Positions 1 to 44,900 of a DNA stretch of 64,000 bases are shown in pieces. The notes under the pieces are model-generated. The model made no database searches. It saw only the letters and a list, made by a program, of their open reading frames with translations, and was not told the DNA's origin. The DNA is taken from assembly GCA_028534125.1 (NCBI GenBank), contig CM052819.1, positions 106,454,001 through 106,518,000 of the forward strand. Reading direction: 5' to 3'. The stretch is from Lama glama. Taxonomy: Eukaryota. The position numbers and the translations under genes were made by a program. Numbering within the stretch: the stretch's first letter is position 1; each line of letters begins with the position of its first letter.

Positions 1-34048
<34,048 letters not shown>

Positions 34049-34227
34049 GGCCTCTGTTGGCTCCGCAGACAGGACGGACAGACAGATGGCCAGCGAGGAG
34101 GCCAGGCGGCAGGCCGGGAGCATGGAGGTGCCCCCTGGCCGGGCAGGGAGCCTCGCCGGCGCTCCCAGGGAAGGGACCTGGCTGGGACACTTCTCTGTAT
34201 GGTTCACCTTTCATGTAATCCTCAAGA

Positions 34228-34233
34228 AATAAA
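34228..34233 (+). terminator. COL18A1: Proximal COL18A1 polyadenylation signal AATAAA
   Basis: AATAAA about 180 nt after the stop, in an AT-rich island with upstream TGTA and downstream GTGTATTTTTT. Confidence 0.8.
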
Positions 34234-35547
34234 AGGAAGCCAAAGAGTGTATTTTTTAAAAAGTTTAAAACAGCCTGGTGCCAAGACTCTTCCGTCCCTC
34301 CCGGGGCCCTGCCCAAGCTGGCCAGGCTGCTCACGCGGGGGCCTCGGTGCTGGTGGAGCCATAATTGGACCAGGGGCAGACCTGGCCCTCTCTCTGCAGG
34401 AGGCCGACTCGAACCTACTGCCCAGGGAGGCGTGTTCCCAGGGCCTCCCAGGTGCCCAGCAGGGCCCTCGGCCACCCCAGGCATCCTGTCCCGCCCTCCT
34501 CCTCACGCACAAATCTCAGGCCTGTTTGCAGAACAGCCGTGAGGAGGTGCTGGGAGCTGCCCCACAGCCCCCTCCTCCCTCTCACCACCAGGCCCAGGAG
34601 CTGTGCAGGAGCAGAGAAGGGGCCCTCCCTCCCTCCCCAGCTGACAAGCGGCAGAACAGCTCAGTCACTGCGTGTGAGGGAAGACAGACCCCTTTCCTTA
34701 GCCTCGTGTAGTTCAACGCCCCACTGCTGACCCCGGGTTCCAACCCCTGCGCCCCCCCCCCCACTGCTGGGAGCAGAGCCTGTGTGTCCCCTGGGCAGCT
34801 CTGCCACATGGGGCTGTCTGCGGGCCTCTCTTCCATGCTGGCTTCTTGGGTGACCCCTGTGGCCACACCCAGTGAAGGACCTGACCCCCTACCCTGGCTG
34901 TGCTGAGGGAGTTTGGAGGGTCCGTGAATGAGGGCGTGGCAGTGCCCCACCCTGACCTCACACACAGCTCTCCTCCCCCAGGGCGAGGACCCCAGCTCAG
35001 CGCCCACCCAGCTTTCCTCAGGAGCACACCCTGGGGCCCAGCTGGGCCAAACTCGGGCACCCCCAAAGCCCTGGGTCCAAACCGCTCCCTGTTGGGCTTG
35101 GCGCCAGCATCTCAGGTTCACCTCTGCAGGACACGGAGCTCAGAAAACCTCAGAGACAAAGGGGACAGCCACACATGCCCCGCCTGGACATGGCTCACAG
35201 CCCCCTGGGCCTGCCCAGCGGAGCCTCAGGACGGGTGAGGCTGCACAGAGGGGTCAAAGCTGGCCCGGGACAGGATGGGGCCACGTCCGCGGGTGGGCCC
35301 TGTGCAGGCGGGGTGAAGGCTGCTTGTGCCCAGGCCCCTGCTCACGACTGCTGTACGAGCGTGACGGGAAAATCTTTGTGGTCGTCCTTCTCTTGGGAAG
35401 AATGAAGGGGACGTTTTAGGGTGCATGTAGGCATCTCTGGGGGAGCTGGTGGGGTGGCCAGAGCCCAGGCTGTGCTGTCTGAGCACTGTGACTACACTAG
35501 AGGGGCTGGTCCTGTTAACTGTGTGTGTGGTTTTCAAACAGGCTCCA

Positions 35548-35553
35548 AATAAA
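35548..35553 (+). terminator. COL18A1: Distal COL18A1 polyadenylation signal AATAAA
   Basis: AATAAA 1.5 kb after the stop, followed by GT/T-rich sequence (TGCTTGGTTTG, GTTTT). Confidence 0.7.
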
Positions 35554-35661
35554 AATGACTGTTTACCCTGATGCTTGGTTTGCAAGCAGTTTTCATGTCA
35601 CGAAAACTCGGGAGCCTCTGTCCCGGATAGCCCAGCCAGGCAACCCTACAGGAGGAGTACG

Positions 35662-35717
35662 GGTGTGCAGGTGCACTCGGGTACACACAGGTGTGCAGGT
35701 GCACTCGGGTACACACA
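35662..35717. repeat. Perfect 28-bp tandem duplication GGTGTGCAGGTGCACTCGGGTACACACA
   Basis: Two identical adjacent copies. Confidence 0.9.
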
Positions 35718-35750
35718 GATACGTGTGGATTTGCACGGTGTTCAGGTAAA

Positions 35751-35880
35751 CAGCTCTCCTTCAGTATCCGTGGAGGACTGACTCCAGGACTCCCGTGGAT
35801 GCCAAAACCCCAGGTGCTCAAGGCCTTATATAAAACGGTGTGGTATTTACATATAACCTACACACAGCCTCCCACATACT
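35751..35880. mobile_element. MER2/MER2B (TcMar-Tigger MITE), left half
   Basis: CAG...TCAGTATCCGTGGAGGA...CCAGGAC...CCTTATATAAAACGGTGTGGTATTTACATATAACCTAC matches the recalled MER2 consensus. Confidence 0.85.
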
Positions 35881-36553
35881 TTTTTCCTAATTTTTTAAAT
35901 TGAAGTCTAGTTGATTCACAATGTTGTGTTAGTTTCTGATGTGCAGCAAAGAGACTCAGTCACACGCATATTCGTTTCCAGATTCTTTTCCCTTATGTTT
36001 AATGACAGGATATTGAATACAGCTCCCTGTGCTGGACAGCAGGACCTGTTTATTCTGTACACAGTAGCTTGTATCTGCCAACTCCCAATTTATCCCTCCC
36101 CCTTTCCCCCTTTGGTAACTGTAGTTTGTTTTCTGTGTCTGTGAGTCTGCTTCTGTCTTGTAAACAAGGTCATTTGTATCACTTTTTTTTTGTACCACCC
36201 ATAAGTGATACCATGATATTTGTCTCTCTGACTTACTCAGTATGATCATCTCCAGATCCATCCATGTGGCTGCAGATGGCATTACTTCATTCTTTTCATG
36301 GCTGAGTAGTGTTCCATTGTGTACATACACCACGGGTGCTTCATCCAGTCAGCTGTCAGTGGGCATTTAGGCTGTTTCCATGTCTTGGCTGTTGTAAATA
36401 GTGTTGCCGTGAGCACTGGGGTGCAGGTGTCTTTTCAAATTTGGGTTCCCTCTGGGTATACGCCCAGGAGTGGGATTGCTGGATCATAGGGTAAGTCTAC
36501 TTTTAGTATTTAGTATTTAGTATTTCAGATGGACATTTATGTTGTTGCCATGT
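35881..36553 (-). mobile_element. 5'-truncated L1 (cetartiodactyl-type 3' end) inserted in MER2B
   Basis: Poly-T then TTGAAGTCTAGTTGATTCACAATGTTGTGTTAGTTTC; minus ORF KNEVMPSAATWMDLEMIILS matches the L1 ORF2 C-terminus. Confidence 0.9.
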
Positions 36554-36780
36554 CCTCTCATACACTTTAAATCATCTCTAGATTACTTACAATACCTAAT
36601 ACAATAAAAATGCTACGTAAATGGTTGTAAATACAATGTAAAGGCCAGGTACTTACTGGCCAGCACGTGGCAAATTCAAGTTTTGGTTTTTGAAACTTTC
36701 TTGAATTTTTAAAAAATATTTTCAAGCTGTGGTTGGTTGAATCCTCAGCTGTAGAACCCACAGATTACGTAGGGGCTCTG
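36554..36780. mobile_element. MER2/MER2B, right half
   Basis: ACTTTAAATCATCTCTAGATTACTTACAATACCTAATACAAT...GGTTGGTTGAATCC...CTG continues the consensus from the break. Confidence 0.85.
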
Positions 36781-38638
36781 GCACACGGATGTGCGACGTA
36801 CAGCGGGGTGTGCTGGTGTACGTGGGTATACACAGAGGCACACAGATGTGAGCAGGTGTACAGCGGCATGAGACAGACATGGGTGTACACACGTGTGCAT
36901 GGATGTGCCCTACACACAGCCACTTCTCTCTCAGTGTCTCCCTGGGGGTGGCTAGCAGTCTTCACAGGCTTGTCAGAGCCATGCAGATGGTCTGTACCCT
37001 GGGCTCCCAGACCCTGCGCCGCTTTCCCCCACGGCTGCTGCAGCTCGCTGGGGCCCAGGACATGTCTGACTCCAAGAGGTCGTGGGCACTGATGCCCTAG
37101 GAGCTCGGAAGCAAGAGAAACGTCAGCTTGGCAGAGGCCGAGCGCGGGGCCCTGGCGGTGGTGGGGAGGCTGCAGAGGGAGCAGGTGGAGCTGGAGGACC
37201 CGGCGCCGACCACCCGCTGCCAGGAGGGTGCTGGTGGGGTAGGGGTGGGGGGGCAGGGGGAGGGGCACAGAGCAGAGCCCGCCTCCTGGGGCCAGCAGCC
37301 AGAGGCGAGCCCCCTCCCCATCAAGCCCCGCCAGCTTTCCAGGCATGGAGGGGTGCGGAGCTGGGACCCTGGACTCCACGTGGCCCCTTTCCACAGGGCC
37401 TTGGGGTGGCTGTGCAAGCCTGCATGCACAAGCCTAGGGGGCACCTGCCCTGCGCAGCCCCCACCGTTGGCCGTGACTTGGGCCTCCTTCCGGACCCATC
37501 GGGTGTCCGAGATGCCCCCCTCGCCTAAGGCGACCCCAGAGGACCCCGGTCCGGCAGCCCCTCCTCCGCCCAGGGTCCTGCTCTGAACTTGGCGCAGCAC
37601 CTGTTCTGTACGGGGGACCCTGCCCTGCACAAGGGCTGAGGTCATGGGACAGGCAGGGCTCAGCTCAGGACAGGGTGTGGGTCCTTGCTTGTGGCTGGGG
37701 GCGGGGCGGGGACCTCTCCTGGCCTCCCGATGGGCCACATGGAGTCAGGAGCCCGAATGACGCATCTGGGGACAAGCAGGCTGCGTTGCATCTCAGGAAG
37801 CAAGGCTGGCTCCAGGCCCCGTGGCAGTGCCCATTGGCACCGGCCAGGCCCCTCTGGGCGTCTGAGGCAGATCATGTCAGCCCACGTCAGGTGCGAAGGA
37901 GGGACAGGGGGCCTGAGGGGAAGAGCGGGACCAAGGAGCCTGGGCTGCTTTCCACCAACGGGAGACACCGCCACCCGCCATGTTGGCTTCTCCCCGAGAA
38001 ACACTCCAAACGAGGGTTCTCATACAAGTTTTTTTAAAAAAGGAACAGAGAATCATCTAAACTGCAAGCACCTGGACGACTAGAAACATCTCAGTTTAGC
38101 CATGAGCCCAGGAACAGGGCTCTCCCCCTGCCTGCGGGGTCCAGGACACCCTGTGGGGGGCTAGGGCCCCAGGCTGGCTTCTGGGACCACCTTGCCTGCT
38201 CCTGAGGACAAGTGGGACCTGCCTCCCAAGGCGGGGAGGCCTGGTGGGCACGTGAAGCCCCACTACTGGCTGCGTGTAGGCAGTGACAGCAAACTAGCCC
38301 GTGGTGGCCAGGCAGCTGGCCGAGTATCCCTGGCCGCGGGTGGGCCACGGCCAGGGTGAGAGCCAGGGCTGAGGGGTGCCAGGCTCCGGCTGCCACGGGA
38401 CCAGCCAAGGGCTCCCCGCTGAGGTGGGTGGCCCTCGAGGTGGGGGCCACGGGGACAGACCACTCGGGGCCCGCCAGTCACTGGCTCCACCATCTCAACA
38501 CTGGAATTTGGACGGTGATGAAAACCCGGCTGCAGGCACGTGTTGGCTGAGAGGTCAAGACCCCAAGCTCGGGCTGCCTCTGGCGTCAGGAACCTGGCGG
38601 CCCGGGCGGGCCAGGAGAGCAGCTCAGGTGGGTGAGGG

Positions 38639-38908
38639 TCAGGCCTTGGCCTCGGGCTGCCGGCTCTGCTCTGGGGAGACCGGCCCCACGGCCTCCACGC
38701 CATCCTCCGGGGCCAGGGGCCGGGCTCCGGGCTGCAGGCTGCCCAGGGCCCCGTCCTGCACGGCCTTCTCCTGCACGGGGCTCCTCAGTTCCTGGGCTGG
38801 CGGCAGGGGCTGGTGGCTGCCCCGTCGGAGGTGCTGCAGCCCCACCAGCACGGCCGCGAAGAAGTAGGCGACAAAGAGCACCAGGAAGTACATGAAGTAG
38901 ACGAGAAA
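38639..38908 (-). CDS. SLC19A1: SLC19A1 coding exon 5 (last TM helix, cytosolic tail, stop)
   Basis: ttccag|FLVYFMYFLVLFVAYFFAAVLVG...QPEAKA-TGA. Confidence 0.94.
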   Translation of the reverse strand, partial: FLVYFMYFLVLFVAYFFAAVLVGLQHLRRGSHQPLPPAQELRSPVQEKAVQDGALGSLQPGARPLAPEDGVEAVGPVSPEQSRQPEAKA

Positions 38909-41900
38909 CTGGAACAGAGAGGGCAAAGTGAGGGCGGGACACACCAGACCCCACTCAATAGCCGCGGGGACACAAGGCTGGGCGCCGGGGGTCACGGGGG
39001 CGGGAGCAGGCCCAGCCCGTCCCCTCACTCAGCAGTCCGCACACCCAGTGCTCTGCGATCTGCCCCAGGGCACTGTGATCAATTTGTTGACAGCAACGTG
39101 TGCTCTGCTCTGGGGCCAAGTCCTCCCGGACACCCGCGCAGGCAGGCACAGTGCAGTCTGGTGGAGGACAGGCAGCCCAGGTCGCCTGGCCGGGGCCCCA
39201 CGGCCTGCACAGAGCCACGTCCACCCCGACCAGTGAGGCCGCCCACCAGCGCTGCTCGCAGGAATGTCCCTCCCGGTCCTCAGGCCGCTGGGGGCAGGGG
39301 TCCAGGGTGGTCTCCCTTGCCTGTGGGCCAGACTGGACATGAGTCCTGCCCACAGCCCCAGATCTCTGCTCCCTGGTGGTCTCCCGGAGCCCCTCCGCAC
39401 CGGCACACTTGGCCCCTCTAAGAAAGTTCATTTTCAAAAGAAAAACCAGGAAACGAGCCATCGGGGACTTTGCTTCCAGGAGGATGCAGCTGGCGCGTCT
39501 TGTCTGTTCCTCCCCCAAGTATGCCCGAACCAGGTAAGAGCACAGAGCACACACGTGGGAAGGTGACGCTGAGAGCGGGCGGGGCAGACCAGCGCGGGCC
39601 CGGAAGCCCGAGGCAACAGCACTGTGTTCCCTGGGCTTTTTTCTCTCTGCTGCGTGTATTGTAAAAGGACCCAAGGAAGCCAGCAAACAAGAAATGCCAG
39701 ACACAGGAAGAAAAACAACAAAAGTAGCTCTTTCTGGCTGAAGGACCAGGAGACGGACCACACCGCCCAGCAGGACAGGACACTGAGAGCCGGGAGCCAC
39801 TCTACTCCAGCCAGACCCCACCTTCACGACCCAGGCTATAATGAAGCCCCCACCCCTGTCAGGTAGAGGTGGTCACGGCCTGGTGGGGAGACGGAGTGCT
39901 CCCCCTGCAGAGACCACTAGGAGAGCTCGGACTTCCACTCCCACCAGGTGGTGTCCCTTCCCTGGCAGCGTCAGGACTCTCACCAGCTGGCAGCAGCTGT
40001 GAGAATGCCCCTCCCCCCAGTGGTGTCACTGGAGGTCACATGGGGGCTGGACCTCCCATCCCCACCAGCAGGAAGGAGGAGCCCCCACCCACCCCTCAGT
40101 GTGAGGAGGGCGGAGCAGGGGACCCGGACGTCCCCACCACTTGGCTGTATCGAGGTGCATGCCCCCTCCCCTCCACCAGGGCAGTGTCAGCAAGAGCCAG
40201 GTAAGACAGAGAAATTAACACCTCATAACAGGTTCTCATGACATAGGACTCAACATGTTCAGGTTTCAATAAAAAAGTCATTCAGCATAGTCAGAATCAC
40301 AAAGACCTCTAAGTGAATGGAATACAATCAGCAGACATCAATTCCAAGGTGACAGAGATTTTTAAAGTATCTGAGAATGATTTAAAAGTAGCTATATAGA
40401 AATACTTCAAAAGATCATAACAAACATGCTTAAAACAAATGAAAAAAAAATCTCAGAAAATAGAAGAGATAAAGGAGAAGTTAGAACTGAAAAATACAAT
40501 AACCGAAATGAAAACTCAGCAAACGGTCTCAACAGCAGCATGGAGCTGGAAGACAGAACAACAGAAATCACCAAGTCTGAACAACAGAGAGAAAGCAGAC
40601 CAAAAAAAGAAAAGAAAAGAAAAAAAAAAAAGAGCCTCATTCTCTAGGGACTGTATGATACAAGATGTAACACTGCGTCATGGGAGTAAAACAAGAAGAG
40701 AGAAAGAGGAGGGAGCTGAAAAGTACCTAAGATGGCTGAGAACTTTGCAAATTTGGCAAAAGACATGCGCCACAGAGTCAAGAACCTGAAGGAACCCCAA
40801 ACAGGACAACTCCCCCAACAAAGCATACCAACACATACCATGTTCCAATTTTGAAAGCGAAGCACAAAGAAGAAGAAAAAGGAAAAATCTTGAAAGTAGC
40901 TGGAAAAAAATGACACCTTAGGGGGAAAAATTAGAATGACAGTGGATTGTTCATCAGAAACCAGGAAGGTCACAAGGAAATGACACATTTTTCACTATTG
41001 AGAGAAAAAACTGTTAACCCAGAAGCCTATTCCATTGAAAATGTCCTTCAGGTGTTAAAAATAAATCAGGACATTCTCAGATGAAGAAAAACTAAGAGAG
41101 CAATTTGTCACCAGCAGGCCTGCCCTAAAAGAATGGCTACAGGAGGTTCTAAACAGAAAGAAAATAGTAAGGAAGCTTGAAACATCAGGAAGGAGAAAGA
41201 ACACAGTGAGTAAAACTGCTGGTAGACAGACGCCCACCTCTCCGGTTTCCTAAATGCGTGATCCTGAAGCAAAGCTTGCAGCCTCGCCTCAGGTGGCTCT
41301 GACGGCACGTGGAGGAAGTAAGACACTCGGACTATGAACCCTGGAGGGGAAAGTGACACGAAGGTGAGACCTCAATTCTGCACTCCAACTAGCCATTTAA
41401 CACAGAAGACAACCACCAAAAAAGCAATTCCAAGAGATACACTCAAAAACACAACGCAGAAACCAAAACGAAATCCTGAAGAATGTGTAAATAACCTAGA
41501 GAAAGACGCACACACATACACGCGCGCACGCACACACAGAAACAAAAGTAGAGGCAATAAAGGGAAAACAAAAAATGAAACGGCAGACATAAGTTCTAAC
41601 ACATTAACGATCACACTAAATATCAGTGGTCTAAATAAACCTTATATAACAGATTAGCAGAGTGGATTAAAAAACACGGCGACCGTATGCTGTCTGCAAG
41701 AAGCTCATTTCAAATACAACAATATAGTTAGGCTAAAAGTGAAAGGATGGAAGAGGATCCATCGTGTAAACATTAATCAAAGGAGAGCAGACCGGCTATA
41801 TTAGCATCAGGCAGATTTCACAGAGAAGGAAACACCCGCAGGCAGAGCCCCATCCAGCAAGGCACGCAGCAAACAGAGCTGCGAAAATGCGAAGCAAAAC

Positions 41901-44900
41901 CGTGACGGAGCTGCAAGGAGACACAGACAAGTTCCCGACAATAAATGCAAAAGTCAGTACCCGCCTCTCAGCAGTGGACCAGACGAAAACCCACGGGGAC
42001 AGAGAGCAAACCACCGCGCCCCCAGCAGCAGGGTCCGAGCAGCTTCAGGGCATGCCGCCCGCATCAGCAGTTCCCAGTCTTCAAGTGCCCACGGAGCACG
42101 TAACAGGACAGAGCACATCCTGGGCCCCGAAGCAAACCCCCACAAATGAAAAGGACTGAAATCACAGACTGTTCTCTGGTCGCAAAGCAGAAGTCAGGAA
42201 CAGCAGGATCACAGGGAGACGTGGAAGCACCTGGAAACCACGCAGCCCACTGCGCAACCACCACAGGCCAAAGAGAAAGTGTGGAGGGAGGGGAAAACAC
42301 GCTGAGTGAGCGGAAGTGAAACGCAGCATATCAAAATCTGGAGGCTGCAGCTCAGCCAGGCTGGGAGGGACGTGAACGGCAACGAAACACACGTATCAGA
42401 CGGGACGGCGTCGCAAGGCATTGGTCTCAGCTAGAAAAAGATGAGTGGAGCAAATCCAAAGCGAGCAGAGGAAAGGAAACAACTGAAGTTCGAGCCAGCA
42501 CAGTCAGGCAAGAAAAACACATGAAGGGCACTCAGAAGAGACCTCCTAGAAGTGACCGGTGTGACCTCAACAAGATCATGCGAGAAAAGACACAGGCTCC
42601 AAAGCACGTCCGACGCAAGCAGGCGTCAGAGGCGCTGAGGGCCCAGGTCCAGGCCACAGCGACAGAGCAGACGCTGCGATGAAGCAAGGCACACAGACTG
42701 GTTTCCCGGGGCACGTGAGAGCTGTGCGCACACTGCTCTATAGTCTACTAAGTGTGCAATACCATTACGTCTAAAAACAATGCACATATTTCAATAAAAA
42801 ATATTTAATTGCTAAAAAAAGCTAACCATCATCTGATGATGCAGCGTTGCCACAAATCTTCAATTTGTAAAAACGCAATGTCTGCAAAACAGTGCAAGAG
42901 TGAGGCCTGCACACGTTAGAGTGAGCATTTGGACACTGTTGTGAGCTGAACTGTGACTCTCAAATTAGCCTGCTGGAACCCCAGCCCCCACTGTGCTTGC
43001 AAACAGGCAGTCAAATGATGTCATAAGGGTGGGACCTGATCCGGGAGGACTGGTGTCCCTATGAGAGAGAGACACCAGGAGTGCCCGTGCGCACAAGGGA
43101 AAGGCCACACGAGGGCACAGGGAGGGGACGGCGGCCGGCATGCTGAGGAGGAGGTTCTCAGGAGGGACGAGGCCTGCCCACACCTTGACCTCTGACTTCC
43201 AGCCTCCCGACTGTCAGACAGTAAATGCTGCTGTTTGAGCCGCCCAGGCTGGCATTTTGTCATGGCAGCTCCAGCACACAGAGCTCAAAATTAAAACCAT
43301 GCCATTTACAATTGCTCAAAAAATAACACTCAAGTATAAATCTAACAAAACACGCACAGCACTACAGTGTTTGCACATGCAAAACTACAAGATGCTGCAA
43401 GAAACCGAGGAGGCTCCGAGCAAGTGGAGAGGCACACCACAGCCACAGGCTGGGGCACTCAGCGCAGCACCCTCCCCAAACTGACGCAGGCTCAGTGCGG
43501 TTCCGAGCAAAACCCCAGCAAGGAAGTCTGCAGGCGAGATGGCTCTAAAACTTACAGGAAAAGGCAAAGAAATGACAGCAACTGAGATGATTTTGAAAAA
43601 GGAATGTAAAAGCTGGAGAACCCGGGCACCCGGTCTCAGGGCTGAGCCCCTCCCCCCCGCAGGGGGGCCGGGGGGCACAGGGCGGGCCCCCCGCTCAGCG
43701 GAGCAGGGTAGTGGGCAGCCAGGAACAGGCGCGCACAAGCGGTGGGAAAGCACCGGGCTTTTCAACAGACGGCGCCGCAGGCACTGGACACCCACCAAGG
43801 ATGAAACCGGACGCAGACTTCACACCTTGCGCAAAAGTGAACCTAAAAGCGGTCACAGGCTTAAATGTGACACTACACGACTTTGGCAGAGAAACTAAGG
43901 GAAAGCGTGTGGGACCCGGGGCCAGGCAAAGAGTCACCAAGTGCGACACCAAAACTGAGCTCCCAAAGAGGGAGAACGAGTAACTCCGACCTCATCAAAT
44001 TAAAGCTGCTGCACAGACGACCGTGAGGACGGACCGACTACGGATGGGAGAAACCATCTGCAAACCACACACCCAACAAAGGACTCGCATGCGGAACACA
44101 CAAACAGGGAACAAAAGTCGCGCGAGAAAAAAGGACCCAACTGGGAAACGGCAGGGAAGTGAAGAAACACTTCACCCAAGAGAAAGGACCGGCGGCAGCG
44201 GGGGGGGGTGCGGGGGGGGCGTCGGCGGCCCCAGGAAAGAGCAACCTAAAACCACAGGAAACATCGCCCCACAGCTTCCCGAACTGCTCAGCAGAAACCC
44301 AACAACGCCCAACACGGACGAGAACGTGCGCGACGGGGCAGCTGCCCTGCAAAACAGTCCGCAGGGCCTGAAAACACGGGCAGCCACCGTGGGAGCCCGC
44401 GCCTGCACGCCGGGCGTCTGGCCGCACGAGGACCTAGGCTCTCACAGAAGCCACAAGCAAGCGTGGGGAGCGGCTCTACCCTCCCAGCCCCAACCCAGAG
44501 CTGTTTGCAGGGAGCGGTAAACCAGCCCGGCAGCACCGAGACGGGGTGGGCGCACGCCGTGCACCCCGAGGGGAGCGGGCAACGGGCAGCCCCGAAGCCA
44601 CCCACTGCAGGATCCTCGGACGCCGCACTTGAGATGAGACCACCACAGAGACGGGGCCCGGAGGACGCGGGGTGGGTCAGGTGCGGCCACGGACGGGAGC
44701 CTGAGTGGCCCTGGGAGGAGGGACGGCAGTGCTCACACCAGGGAAGTGCAGGGCGTGGCCATGGTCACACTGCCAGTGAGCCTATCATGATCCAAAAATA
44801 AAGCTTAGCCGCCCAGGCCAGTTCCCCACATGCTCCGTCCCAGTCCCCACCAGTCGCCAGGTCTGAACACCTGCCCCGTTCTCACCCCTGAGGATGGAGG

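Noticed and set aside
37128-37586. Intergenic ORF starting AEAERGALAVVGRLQREQVELED, which looks protein-like
   Set aside because: No ATG start, no family I recognise and no clear splice frame; a tblastx or RNA-seq hit would be needed.
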